A program made the translations under genes and the position numbers. DNA of 64,000 nt from the IMG/VR virus record IMGVR_UViG_3300042402_002841, positions 32,001 to 96,000 of that record; one strand, 5' to 3'. Below are positions 43,970 to 53,987 of the stretch, one piece after another. Below the pieces are notes generated by a model. The model worked only from the letters and a program-made list of their open reading frames with translations. It was not told the origin of the DNA and ran no database searches. How positions within the stretch are numbered: position 1 is the stretch's first letter; the number at the start of each line of letters is the position of its first letter. This DNA is from a virus.

Positions 43970-45304
43970 GTGCAATTACCTACGAGAGAGAAAAACATGA
44001 CTACAGACTGGATAAAGGTTCTTGAATATCTTGAACCCAAAAAACCTCCGTTTTGTCCAGAAGAGCCCTCAATGCCTCAAAAAGTGTTTTTGAGAACAAA
44101 TGCAATTGAGGCTTTATTCGGAGGAGCAGCAGGAGGTGGAAAGTCTTCTGCTTTGCTTATGGCTGCACTTCAGTATGTTGATATTCCTGGATATTCAGCA
44201 ATTCTTTTTCGTCGTACATTTGCTGACCTTTCTCTTCCAGGTGCTCTTATGGACAGATTTAAGGCGTGGGTTGATGAATATGAAGATGTTCACTGGAATG
44301 CAAACAGTTATGTGGCCACCTTCCCCTCTGGGGCAAGAATCTCATTCGGGTATCTAAATAACACTAATGACTATCTCCGATACAAGGGCTCTGAATTTCA
44401 GTTCATCGGCATGGATGAGGTTACTGAAATCCGTGAATCCGACTACAGATATCTCTTTTCCCGTCTTCGTCGTCCTGCTTCTGGTCCCTTATCTCAGGTT
44501 CCCCTCAGGATGAGGGCTGCTTCAAACCCTGCCCCCAACTGGGTTAGGCAGAGATTTATTGTAGAAGGCCTAGAAAAAAACAGAATATTTGTGCCATCAA
44601 AATTGACGGACAACCCTGGCATTGACGCTGATTCTTACCGTCAAGCGCTTCAGGCTCTTGACCCGATTGAACGAAGAAGGCTGGAAGAAGGAGATTGGTG
44701 GTCAACGACCTTAGGAACACTTTTTGAGAGAGAGTCTGTGGTCATTATTGACTCAGACGAAGTTCCTGTTGTTTCTTCAGCAGCCCGTGTGGTCAGATTT
44801 TGGGACCTTGCGGCGACGGAGCCTTCTGCGGTAACTCCAAACCCAGACTGGACCGTTGGTACATTAATGCTTTTTGATGGTGGTGTTTCTTATATTCTTG
44901 ACATCAAAAAGGCACGAGTTCGTGGAGAAAAGGTTGAGCAATTAATCGCACAGACCGCCTATGAAGATGGTCGTGGGGTAGCCATCAGGATGGAAATGGA
45001 GCCAGGCTCCTCTGGAAAGGCTTTGGTTGACCAGTACGCCAGGTATGTAGTTCCTGGTTATGACTTTCAAGGCATAAGGTCAACTGGAGATAAGGTCACC
45101 AGGGCTAGACCGTTTGCGGCAGCCGTAGCCAACGGTAATGTCAGGATTGTGCGAGGAACATGGCTTAGTGACTGGCTTGATGAACTTTCTTCATTCCCTG
45201 AAGCATGTGACCATGACGACCAAGTGGACTCCGCAGTCGGTGCCTTTACATATTTAACTGGCCTGGGGTTGCCACAACGAAAAATTGTCAGTATCATCGT
45301 CTAG
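43970..45304 (+). CDS. terL: Terminase large subunit (likely start ATG 43997)
   Basis: GGAAGGGKS Walker A, IGMDE Walker B, ASNP, WDLAA, HDDQVD nuclease motifs. Confidence 0.95.
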   Translation: MQLPTREKNMTTDWIKVLEYLEPKKPPFCPEEPSMPQKVFLRTNAIEALFGGAAGGGKSSALLMAALQYVDIPGYSAILFRRTFADLSLPGALMDRFKAWVDEYEDVHWNANSYVATFPSGARISFGYLNNTNDYLRYKGSEFQFIGMDEVTEIRESDYRYLFSRLRRPASGPLSQVPLRMRAASNPAPNWVRQRFIVEGLEKNRIFVPSKLTDNPGIDADSYRQALQALDPIERRRLEEGDWWSTTLGTLFERESVVIIDSDEVPVVSSAARVVRFWDLAATEPSAVTPNPDWTVGTLMLFDGGVSYILDIKKARVRGEKVEQLIAQTAYEDGRGVAIRMEMEPGSSGKALVDQYARYVVPGYDFQGIRSTGDKVTRARPFAAAVANGNVRIVRGTWLSDWLDELSSFPEACDHDDQVDSAVGAFTYLTGLGLPQRKIVSIIV

Positions 45305-45331
45305 GTACTTACTACTTTACAGGAGACAACC

Positions 45332-45829
45332 TTGTTAACACCTAAGGAAATTAGGGCACAACTAATTGGTCTTGATGACTTTTTAAACAACGAAAAAACA
45401 CTCAATTCTGAACTGGAAGAGGCTTTGGGGCATCTTGTTGAACTTAACAAGTTAAAAAAAGAAATTTCAGAACTTTACGATTCGTATTCTTCTAAAATGA
45501 TTGACAGAATGGAATCTGTTAACGAAAAAGAAGTAAAACTTCAATCTGGAGCCGAACTCAAGTGTAAATCAGGTGCGCCCAGAAAAGCGTGGGATAGCGA
45601 GAATCTCATGAAAACAGTCTATTCCAGACTTCGTCAATCTTCAGTTGACATGGATACAGGTGAGGTCGGGTTGTCGGATGAAGAAATTGTCATTAAACTA
45701 CTTGACTACTTACAGCCGTCATATTGGCGAGTTGGAGCACTAAATGACCTCGGCATCAACGCAGACCAATACTGCGAAGTTGGCGAACCAAAAACAAACA
45801 TTGCTATTTATACAAAGGATGAAAAATAA
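45332..45829 (+). CDS. Hypothetical protein in the recombination module
   Basis: AGGAG RBS, TTG start; VDMDTGEV motif. Confidence 0.7.
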   Translation: MLTPKEIRAQLIGLDDFLNNEKTLNSELEEALGHLVELNKLKKEISELYDSYSSKMIDRMESVNEKEVKLQSGAELKCKSGAPRKAWDSENLMKTVYSRLRQSSVDMDTGEVGLSDEEIVIKLLDYLQPSYWRVGALNDLGINADQYCEVGEPKTNIAIYTKDEK

Positions 45830-46569
45830 TGGCTACTAAGAAAATTGACCCCACTGAACAAGAAGTTGCTTACTCTCCAAGTGGAGTTAGTTGGGAAGAA
45901 GTGTATAAAAAAGAAACAAAGGAAAATCAAGAGCGCGTTTCAAAAATGCACCATGACCTTTCTGAACAATTCCCCAAAGAAGTTGAGCGTCAACTTAAAA
46001 AGGGTGGAACCAGCCTCACATACATCCCAGTTAGCGAAGTAATTAATCGCCTTAATAAGGTTCTTGGTTTTGACGCATGGTCATATGAAATTATCAAGTG
46101 CGAGCGAGATGCGCTTGACCCTGACTTCATCGTTGCTCATGTTCGCATGACTGTTTATCCTAGTTCTGATAAATTCGTCAGTGTTGTAAAAGACGGTTTC
46201 GGTGGTCAAAAGATTAAGCGAACCAAGAATGGCGACATCGTTGACCTTGGTGATGAATTTAAGGGTGCTGTTTCTGATGCCCTAAAAAAGGCGGCTCAGT
46301 CTCTTGGTGTTGGTCTTTATCTTGCTCGCACGGAAGAAGCGATAGGAATTGAACAAGAAGAATCAATTGACCCAGTTATTGAGTCAATGTGGGAACAGTT
46401 TGTGGACCTTTCTCGCAGTCTTGATTCTGAAAAGAAGGCTCAACTTGGAGAGTTTTGGAAGTCATACGCTGGAGAGCGACCAAAGCCAACAAAGGCAACC
46501 GCAACAAAGGTAGACCTAGAAGCGCTTATTAATCAGTGTGCAATTCTTCACTTGACAGAAGGTGAGTGA
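45829..46569 (+). CDS. Rad52/Rad22-family single-strand annealing protein (Sak-like)
   Basis: LTYIP..VINRLNKVLG..WS..KGAVSDALKKAA..LGVGLYL. Confidence 0.88.
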   Translation: MATKKIDPTEQEVAYSPSGVSWEEVYKKETKENQERVSKMHHDLSEQFPKEVERQLKKGGTSLTYIPVSEVINRLNKVLGFDAWSYEIIKCERDALDPDFIVAHVRMTVYPSSDKFVSVVKDGFGGQKIKRTKNGDIVDLGDEFKGAVSDALKKAAQSLGVGLYLARTEEAIGIEQEESIDPVIESMWEQFVDLSRSLDSEKKAQLGEFWKSYAGERPKPTKATATKVDLEALINQCAILHLTEGE

Positions 46570-47328
46570 GTGTTAATTCCACCGCCACACCTGTCCCCAT
46601 CTTCAATAGGCACATTTAATCAATGCCCGTTGAAATTTAAATATTCTAAAATTGATGGAAAACAAGAAAACCCTACAGAAGCAACTTTGATGGGTAATTT
46701 TGTCCACGATGTTATTGAAGAGTTCTATAAACACGACCCAGAGGCTAGAAGTATTCTTCTTGCTAAAAATCTTGCATCTCAATTGTGGGAAGAAAAATGG
46801 CAAATCCAGGCAGAACCATGGGTTAGAGGTCAAGACAATCTCAAGATGTTCCGATGGAAATCATGGTGGTGTATTGAAAATCTATGGAAGATAGAGAACC
46901 CTAAGGTTATTTCTCCAACTGGTTTAGAGCATGAACTAAATGGAGAAATAGGTGGCGTTAGAATCAAAGGTTTTATAGATAGATTCAGCGAAGCCAAGGG
47001 CGAAGGTTTTGTCATATCTGATTATAAAACTGGTAAAACTCCTAAAAAAACATGGATAGACGACAAGTTTTTTCAACTTCTTGTTTACTCTCATTTGCTT
47101 GAGTCAACGGGGGTTGGTAAGGCGGTTAAAGTTGAACTTCTTTATCTTAAAGATGGGGTCAAGTTCCACAAGAGCGTTACAGATGAAGAACTTCAATCTG
47201 TAGAAAAAACAATAGTAGAAACCAAAGCAGAGATTGACAAACGCTGTGAAACAGAAGAGTTTGAAGCAGTTAAATCAATTCTCTGTAACTGGTGTTCATT
47301 TAAAAAGGAATGTCCTGCATGGCGGTAA
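46570..47328 (+). CDS. RecB/AddB-like PD-(D/E)XK exonuclease with four-Cys Fe-S staple
   Basis: LSPSSI..QCP, GNFVH, GFIDR, SDYKTG, QLLVY, CNWC..C. Confidence 0.88.
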   Translation: MLIPPPHLSPSSIGTFNQCPLKFKYSKIDGKQENPTEATLMGNFVHDVIEEFYKHDPEARSILLAKNLASQLWEEKWQIQAEPWVRGQDNLKMFRWKSWWCIENLWKIENPKVISPTGLEHELNGEIGGVRIKGFIDRFSEAKGEGFVISDYKTGKTPKKTWIDDKFFQLLVYSHLLESTGVGKAVKVELLYLKDGVKFHKSVTDEELQSVEKTIVETKAEIDKRCETEEFEAVKSILCNWCSFKKECPAWR

Positions 47329-47834
47329 TGATGAATGATGATGTTTTTGCACGAATGGTTTCTGAAGAGGTGAAAAATAAACTTTCTACTTCTCAGAAAA
47401 AAATACTTCTTGAACCCGAAAACTGGGGTAGATGGAAAGATGCTCTTTTGTTTTTAGTTGAAAGCCTTGACAGGCAGATAGAAAACATCAAAGAGGACGC
47501 AGATGCTGATGCTGAGAAGTACTCAACAATGGGTTTGAGCGGTAAAAAACTGGCAGTAGAAGCAGCCCGTGAATATCAGCATAGAATTAAAAAAATTGAC
47601 AGATTTAAATTTCATGTAAATCGTCGGATTGACGAAGTAATGATGATGATTGAGACTGGAAATGTTGAATCATCAGACGGATGGGATAGAGTTGCTTTTT
47701 TGGAAAATGCAATTGTTAAGCATCGTGAATTATTGCGTGAATTTGATTTAGAAGATACTGCTGTTGATAGGGCTCTGTGGTCTGCGCTTGCGGGGAACTG
47801 GGATTTTGATTCAATTAATGAAGGGAATCTATAA
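47310..47834 (+). CDS. Hypothetical protein
   Basis: 174-aa ORF in the operon. Confidence 0.7.
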   Translation: MSCMAVMMNDDVFARMVSEEVKNKLSTSQKKILLEPENWGRWKDALLFLVESLDRQIENIKEDADADAEKYSTMGLSGKKLAVEAAREYQHRIKKIDRFKFHVNRRIDEVMMMIETGNVESSDGWDRVAFLENAIVKHRELLREFDLEDTAVDRALWSALAGNWDFDSINEGNL

Positions 47835-48013
47835 TGAATGTAGATATTGACAAAGTAATTTCTATGCTCTCCGACCAAATTGGAGTGCTTACTAAAGACA
47901 ACATTATTTTGCGTGTTCTTGTGCAACAGTTGGAAGATGAACTACAATCTGCTCGTGCGCCACAGGTCAAAGAAAAAGGAAGCAGAGTACAAACTCCGCC
48001 GTCCATTAGTTGA
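47834..48013 (+). CDS. Small coiled-coil protein (59 aa)
   Basis: Manual translation MNVDIDKVISMLSDQIG..; TAATG coupling. Confidence 0.55.
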   Translation: MNVDIDKVISMLSDQIGVLTKDNIILRVLVQQLEDELQSARAPQVKEKGSRVQTPPSIS

Positions 48014-48254
48014 AAAACTTTTAAACGAAAGACCCTTGTGTGAGGCTTGTCCTGTTTTTGCCGAATATGACGGCAAGGCAACATACTCTCGTAATCGTTC
48101 AGTAGATATTCATGAAGTAGTTAGACGCTCTCAGGGCGGTTCAATTCTTGATGAAGAAAACCTTATGGCGGTATGTCGCCCGTGTCATAACAGGATAGGA
48201 AACTACCCACAACTTGCATTTGATTTAGGCTTGGCAAAACACTCATGGGGGTAG
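47955..48254 (+). CDS. HNH-type endonuclease
   Basis: CEAC..DIHE..RSQGG..NL..CRPCHN; start placed at GTG 47955. Confidence 0.8.
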   Translation: MRHRSKKKEAEYKLRRPLVEKLLNERPLCEACPVFAEYDGKATYSRNRSVDIHEVVRRSQGGSILDEENLMAVCRPCHNRIGNYPQLAFDLGLAKHSWG

Positions 48255-48781
48255 TTTTTATGGGTGTTGACCTGTCTTTAACATCAACTGGATTGTCGGT
48301 AAATGGGGAGACAAGTGCATTTAAGTCAAAAAACAAGGGAGCGGCAAGGCTTTACGAGATTTCCAACCATGTACTAACAGACTTATCTGTAAAGGGTGCC
48401 AACTGTGTGATTATTGAGAGTTACTCCTATGCGTCTAGAAACTCTCAGGCTCACAGTATTGGAGAATTGGGAGGGTGTGTTCGGATGACCCTATGGCAAC
48501 ATGGAATACCTTTTATAGAAGTGCCACCAACATCCAGGGCAAAGTTTGCTACTGGAAAAGGGAATGCTGGAAAAACTGAAGTTATTTCTGCTGTCTCATC
48601 AAAGACTGGAAAACTGTTTTCTGGCTCTAGTGCAGATGACGAATGTGATGCCTGGGTTCTTGAACAAATGGGATTGGCAAAAATTAATAATTCTGATTAC
48701 TCATGGACAAAAGAGCAACTATCTGCTTTGGACAAGATAGATTGGTCGCCACTAGATACTTTAGTTATTGGAGAAAAATGA
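48245..48781 (+). CDS. RuvC-like Holliday junction resolvase
   Basis: GVDLSLTSTG, IIE, ATGKGNAGK, DDECDA. Confidence 0.85.
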   Translation: MGVVFMGVDLSLTSTGLSVNGETSAFKSKNKGAARLYEISNHVLTDLSVKGANCVIIESYSYASRNSQAHSIGELGGCVRMTLWQHGIPFIEVPPTSRAKFATGKGNAGKTEVISAVSSKTGKLFSGSSADDECDAWVLEQMGLAKINNSDYSWTKEQLSALDKIDWSPLDTLVIGEK

Positions 48782-49125
48782 TTTCACGCAATGCGCCGAT
48801 TAGTCAAGTAGATATTGAGCATGAATTACTCCGTCTTATGGAGATGCTTGAGACGGAGACTGAAGCATTTGAAACACTCGCTGAGGATTCTGCAAAGAAA
48901 GAAGCCTTGTATAAATCTAATTGGGCAAAAGAATACCTCTCTGCAAAAGGCTCAATCAAGGAGCGAGAGGCTTGGGCGGATTACAAGTTGGCTGATGAGA
49001 ACTTTGACTACAAAATTGCTGAGGCTCTACTAAAGTCAAAGCGTGAAAAATTGCTTTCGCTTCGTACATCAATTGACGCAATGCGAACGCTTAATGCAAA
49101 TGTCAGGGTTCAGGTAAACCAATGA
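48778..49125 (+). CDS. Helical hypothetical protein
   Basis: ATGA overlap with the resolvase stop, GGAG RBS. Confidence 0.7.
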   Translation: MISRNAPISQVDIEHELLRLMEMLETETEAFETLAEDSAKKEALYKSNWAKEYLSAKGSIKEREAWADYKLADENFDYKIAEALLKSKREKLLSLRTSIDAMRTLNANVRVQVNQ

Positions 49126-49904
49126 GAGAGAAAATATCCCAAGACTTAATGCCTTTAGCATTAAATGTTGACGACCTAATTCCGCTTGAAAAGAATCCTA
49201 GAAAAGGCAACATTGAAGCAATTATGTCTTCGTATGAAGAGTTCGGTCAGATGAAGCCGATTGTTGTTCGCCCAAACAATGATGGGACATTCACGGTGAT
49301 TGCTGGCAACCATCAACTGCAAGCGGCTAAAAAACTTGGATGGACACAGATTGCCGCTGTTCAGATGAATGCCGATGACGACCGTGCTGTTGCGTTTGCA
49401 TTGGCAGACAACAGAACGATGGAACTCGGACATACCGACCCAGCAATCCTGAATGAAATGGTCATAGACCTGTACGAAGATTTTCCAGAACTATTTGAGG
49501 GACTTGGGTGGGATGAATTTGAAATTGCTGCAATTGAAGAAACTCAGTATGTTTCAGAAATAGTTTCACCCATTGCTGAAGCGTACTTCACCCCAGTTAT
49601 TCAAAAACCTGTTGAGCCGAGCGCGCCAGTCAATATCAATGTTGAGGAATCCGAAGATGGTGTCAGACGGATTGTTGCTGGCAATGATATTGACCACAAC
49701 AGAGTAGCAGTCTCTGGAAGCACAATCGTATCTCCTGGCTCATCTCCGCAGGCAGTTGTCCAGTACACCATTGTTTTTGACAACCCAGAACAGCAACGAA
49801 AATGGTATGACTTTGTTCGTTACCTTCGTAATGACCCAGGTATTTCTGGGACAACAACAGCAGAAAAGTTGATGGATTTTATTGACATGCATACGGAGGT
49901 TTGA
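49122..49904 (+). CDS. ParB/Srx N-terminal domain protein
   Basis: NPRKG..FGQMKPIVV..VIAGNHQLQAAKKLG..LADNR. Confidence 0.85.
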   Translation: MREKISQDLMPLALNVDDLIPLEKNPRKGNIEAIMSSYEEFGQMKPIVVRPNNDGTFTVIAGNHQLQAAKKLGWTQIAAVQMNADDDRAVAFALADNRTMELGHTDPAILNEMVIDLYEDFPELFEGLGWDEFEIAAIEETQYVSEIVSPIAEAYFTPVIQKPVEPSAPVNINVEESEDGVRRIVAGNDIDHNRVAVSGSTIVSPGSSPQAVVQYTIVFDNPEQQRKWYDFVRYLRNDPGISGTTTAEKLMDFIDMHTEV

Positions 49905-50098
49905 TAATGAACATTCATTCACCTGAAAATATTGAGTCATATCTTTCTTTAGTTAGCAAACTAAATAAAAAATACAAAGGTAGAGATTGGTCGGATAGGC
50001 ATTCAATTATTTTAACAAGTGCTTTATTTTATGAAGTTGCTTCCAAAATTGTTGAACTTCAGAATCGCATTGAAGAACTAGAAGCAGATAATGACTAA
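49901..50098 (+). CDS. Small hypothetical protein
   Basis: Coupled ORF between the ParB and PAPS-reductase-like genes. Confidence 0.55.
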   Translation: MIMNIHSPENIESYLSLVSKLNKKYKGRDWSDRHSIILTSALFYEVASKIVELQNRIEELEADND

Positions 50099-51233
50099 GC
50101 AGAGAATGTTTCTAGATATATCCTGTGTTGATGCTGCTCGGCAAAGGATAAGACATGTCTATGATACTTTTGATACTGTTTGCGTTCAGTTTTCTGGAGG
50201 AAAAGACAGCACAGCAGTTCTTTACTTGGCTAAAGAAATTCATGAAGAGCGAGGACTAGGTCCAGTAAAAGTAATCTTCAGAGACCAGGAAATGGTAAGC
50301 CCTCTTGTTTATGACTATGTAGAAAAAGTTATGAATTATGACTGGGTGGATATGGAGTGGTACTGCCTTCCGTATGCTCAAGAAATTTGGGTGCTTGGGG
50401 TTAGGGAAAACATATTGGCTTGGGACCCATACAGGGAAAAGGCTGGCATGCTTGCACGCCCCATGCCTCCGTGGGCTATTAATGCATCTCATTTTGGGAT
50501 GCCTATGGACCAAACTCTTCCAGAAGGAATTGATTACTACACAATGCAGGGAAAAACGGGAAGCGTGGCTTTTATAACTGGAGTTCGTGCAAACGAATCT
50601 ATGGTTCGCTATCGCTCCTTGGTTCAAAAGGTGCACGAAAATTATATTGTTAGTCCGTACAAAATGAAAAAGTCAATACCTTTAAAGTTTGCAAAAGTTA
50701 TCTATGACTGGCAAATGGATGATGTATTAAAATTTATTTCAGAAGAACATGATGCTGAATATTGTGAGTACTACGACCTTGCATCAATGACTGGCTCAAA
50801 TACCAGGGTTGGTGTTCCTCTTCATGCTGTTGCAATTAGACGCATTGGAGACCTTGTCGCAACTGAGCCAGATTTTTACGACACACTATGGTCAGTATGG
50901 CCAAATATTGATGCTCAGAGACGCTGGTGGCCAGAGTTTGATATTGAAAAATTTATTGAAAATTATGCTGCTGATGGATTTAGGGGCGCAAAGCGATGCA
51001 TAGAGGAAAACATGCTTGACGATTTTGACAAGCGTCGCGCTCGTGCTTATGTTGCTGATTTTAGAAAAAAACATTTAAAAGACCCATATTCATATCCAAT
51101 GAATTGGCTTATAAGAAACTTGTTGTTAAATGAAATAACTATTTCTGCAGCAGCGCCAGTTGGTCCCAAAACCAAAGCAGACACTCTTAGAAAAAAACTT
51201 GCAGAACAGGAATTAAATAATGCAGAAAATTGA
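50091..51233 (+). CDS. PAPS-reductase-family PP-loop protein, IbrA/DUF3440-like
   Basis: AARQRI..FD..FSGGKDS..FRDQE..GVRANES..R..IYDW..D. Confidence 0.85.
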   Translation: MTKQRMFLDISCVDAARQRIRHVYDTFDTVCVQFSGGKDSTAVLYLAKEIHEERGLGPVKVIFRDQEMVSPLVYDYVEKVMNYDWVDMEWYCLPYAQEIWVLGVRENILAWDPYREKAGMLARPMPPWAINASHFGMPMDQTLPEGIDYYTMQGKTGSVAFITGVRANESMVRYRSLVQKVHENYIVSPYKMKKSIPLKFAKVIYDWQMDDVLKFISEEHDAEYCEYYDLASMTGSNTRVGVPLHAVAIRRIGDLVATEPDFYDTLWSVWPNIDAQRRWWPEFDIEKFIENYAADGFRGAKRCIEENMLDDFDKRRARAYVADFRKKHLKDPYSYPMNWLIRNLLLNEITISAAAPVGPKTKADTLRKKLAEQELNNAEN

Positions 51234-51771
51234 TTATGTACCTTTTGCCGAATTAAATATTGCTCCATTTAAGGCAACATACATACTTAGACCAGACCTG
51301 TTGACCCTCTCCAAGTCGCTTATTGATTTTGGTTTCATGCTTCCAATAGTTGTTCAAAAAGAAACAAACATTGTTATTGACGGTAATGAGCGAGTGTCTC
51401 TTGCAAAAATCAATAAATATGTCAAAAAAGCCGTAGGGGATTTGTGTCCTGTCGTTTATGTTGAATGCGATACTCTTGAAGCACAAATGATGCATCTGAG
51501 ACTAAATCGTTCCAGAGGAAATCTTTTAGCAAAACCAACATCAGGTATTATTAGAAATCTTGTCAAATCAAAAAAGTATTCAAAAGAAGACCTTGAAGAA
51601 TTTTTGCAAATGAAGCATGACGAGTTTTATCTTCTTCTTGATGGTTCTTTGCTTAAACATAGAAAAATTTCAGAACATAGTTACTCCCGTGCATGGGTGC
51701 CAGTTGAGGCCGACCCGAAGGCTACTGATTCCTCAATATCAATTGAGAGACCGCCTAATTCCGATAGATAA
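51220..51771 (+). CDS. ParB/Srx-like protein, IbrB-like
   Basis: GFMLPIVV..VIDGNER..RLNRSRG, adjacent to the IbrA-like gene. Confidence 0.75.
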   Translation: MQKIDYVPFAELNIAPFKATYILRPDLLTLSKSLIDFGFMLPIVVQKETNIVIDGNERVSLAKINKYVKKAVGDLCPVVYVECDTLEAQMMHLRLNRSRGNLLAKPTSGIIRNLVKSKKYSKEDLEEFLQMKHDEFYLLLDGSLLKHRKISEHSYSRAWVPVEADPKATDSSISIERPPNSDR

Positions 51772-51829
51772 GTAACCAATAGTCCTGTAATGATACAATT
51801 TTTTAAACGCTCAATTAAGGAGTAAAACA

Positions 51830-52021
51830 ATGGACATACCAAGACGAGGGTTTCTCAGAGGTGGTAGAGATGCGGTCAGAACTAACAGGTTCCGCCGAAC
51901 GGCTCGTTCACTAGCACAGCAAGCCCGCAGAGCAGTGGGTTTTGGTGGTGTGCCAGATGAAAGAGTGCGAGACATCATCGGTGAAGGTCGCAGGGCTCGC
52001 CGTTTCGCTCGCGAGCGCTAA
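51830..52021 (+). CDS. Small, very Arg-rich basic protein
   Basis: AAGGAG RBS, TGATACAAT upstream; protamine-like composition. Confidence 0.65.
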   Translation: MDIPRRGFLRGGRDAVRTNRFRRTARSLAQQARRAVGFGGVPDERVRDIIGEGRRARRFARER

Positions 52022-52040
52022 TTAACCCTTAAGGGCAATA

Positions 52041-52928
52041 ATGCTCGTCACAGTACAAGACCTCGTAACCTACATGGACATTTCTTTGTCTTTAAGGCAG
52101 CAAGATGCTGCCGATATTGTGCTGTCTGGTCTTCAAAGCGAACTTGATGCGTACCTGGGGAGACCTGTTGAAATAACGGAGTTTACCGAGGAGTACAAAG
52201 TTCCAAGCAATCACTTAGCCACTCCGATGTCGTCATTCTTTTATCAAAACAGCCTTGAGTCTTCTTTTTATACGGCTAATGGTAATTCCAATCAATCTTC
52301 AATGAACTATGCGCTTCCTCCAGAGACGGTCTATTTAAGAAACTCTCCAGTAGTAAAAGTTCATAGCGTACAAATTCAAAATCAGTGGACAACGCCCACT
52401 TACTTAGGTGAAGCAATAACCAGAACAGCGGTAGTAACAGGTGCTACAAAATCTGGAATTAGGATTACTTTTACTGCCAATAATCACGGATTCACGGTCG
52501 GACAGTATGTGACAGTGACTGGAATTACTCCAACTGTATACAATGTTTCAAATAAAAAAATAGTTGAGGTTACAACCAATTCTTTTATCGTTGAGGTTGA
52601 ACCTGGCGCATTGAGTGCGTATGTTTCTGGTGGCGAAGCAGAGGCTATTGGGACCAACTATTCTGTCCGCCGATACGGGATTGACATCTTCAATATTGTT
52701 GCTGATGACACTATCACGGTGAACTATGAGGCTGGATTAGATGGTCAATCAATTCCCATTTTTAAACTTTTAATTCTTCGTGCAGCGACAAGAGAAATGC
52801 AAAATATGCACGACGATGTTGTTGGTATTAAAGACCTTGAATCAAGGAATGTTGCTCCTCTTGAGACTGGCTTTTCAGACAGAGAACTGGCTTCCGTTAA
52901 GCAGTACAAGCGCCAAAGGATTGCGTAA
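52041..52928 (+). CDS. Head-tail adaptor with an inserted beta domain
   Basis: LVTVQDL..Y..YLGR..LRNSPV..V..VNYEAG; insert NHGFTVGQYVTVTG. Confidence 0.75.
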   Translation: MLVTVQDLVTYMDISLSLRQQDAADIVLSGLQSELDAYLGRPVEITEFTEEYKVPSNHLATPMSSFFYQNSLESSFYTANGNSNQSSMNYALPPETVYLRNSPVVKVHSVQIQNQWTTPTYLGEAITRTAVVTGATKSGIRITFTANNHGFTVGQYVTVTGITPTVYNVSNKKIVEVTTNSFIVEVEPGALSAYVSGGEAEAIGTNYSVRRYGIDIFNIVADDTITVNYEAGLDGQSIPIFKLLILRAATREMQNMHDDVVGIKDLESRNVAPLETGFSDRELASVKQYKRQRIA

Positions 52929-53364
52929 AATGCGCATTCAAATACATGTTGATAAAAATAAAGTTGAAGATGCTTTAGAAAACATGCAGGACGCAGTAAA
53001 AGACCTTCGTCCTGTTTTTAGAAAAGCAGAAAAAGACCTTTCAGATATTTATACAAAACACTTTACATCTAATGGTAGTGGAAGATGGAAACCACTTGAT
53101 GCCGAGTATGGTGCATGGAAGTCAGCAAATTACCCTGGAAGACCGACTCTTGTTCAGAGCGGAGCGCTTTTTAGAACCATTAGAAAATTCAGCGTTAGGG
53201 AAATAAATAAAACATCAGCATCATTTGGTACGGATGCGAAAGTAGCCAAATTTCATCAGTACGGTACATGGAGCATGCCTAAGCGAGAAATAATATTTGA
53301 GCCACCGATGTTTGCTAAGAAACTTGCAGAAGACATTGCTGACCATATTGAGGATGCTGCCTAA
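52929..53364 (+). CDS. Virion morphogenesis (neck / tail-completion) protein
   Basis: WKPL..Y..K..LVQSGAL..FGT..AKFHQYGT..MPKR; start placed at MRIQIH. Confidence 0.8.
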
Positions 53365-53948
53365 TGGAACTCATGTTTGGTGCTCACTATGCAAAGCAAT
53401 ATGTAAATAATTATTTAAGAAATGATATTCCAGTAAGAATTGTGGATTACAGAAATGGCTGGAATCTTGACGATGCAACCCTCCCTACTCCTGTATCTTT
53501 TTTTACATACGAACCAATTGCCTTAGATACATGGCCCACAATCATTACGGTCGCCATGTCAACAAACAGGATGGAAAGAATTGGTTATGCAGGAATTAAC
53601 CCTCTGTATAGGGTCAATTATTCAATGAGGACATATGTTTGGGTGCGTGATATTGGTTCCGAAGAAGCAACTCTAATGAGGGACAGATTAACCACTGTCG
53701 TTCGTTCTGCCCTTCTTGACTATCCATGCATGAAAGCAACAGACCCTCAGGACTCATTTAAAGCAATGATTGATGAGTCAACGATGCAAGAGCAATTTTC
53801 AGACTTAACTCTTTTAAAAGGTGACAGAGTTATGGCTGGCGCATATTTATCTTATGACTTGTCAATTGATGAAGTCGTGGACAGACGACCACTGGGAACG
53901 GTGAGCAATGTTGAACTTGAATATACCAATCTAGACAGAACCCCATAA
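53364..53948 (+). CDS. Putative tail terminator / completion protein
   Basis: Position between neck and sheath genes; size. Confidence 0.55.
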   Translation: MELMFGAHYAKQYVNNYLRNDIPVRIVDYRNGWNLDDATLPTPVSFFTYEPIALDTWPTIITVAMSTNRMERIGYAGINPLYRVNYSMRTYVWVRDIGSEEATLMRDRLTTVVRSALLDYPCMKATDPQDSFKAMIDESTMQEQFSDLTLLKGDRVMAGAYLSYDLSIDEVVDRRPLGTVSNVELEYTNLDRTP

Positions 53949-53987
53949 GGGGATGATGTAAACTAAATGTGATTTACAGGAGAAAAA

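Noticed and set aside
46570-47328. Cas4-like nuclease suggesting a CRISPR system
   Set aside because: It sits beside a Rad52-like annealase and a resolvase with no cas genes or array, so it is an ordinary recombination exonuclease.
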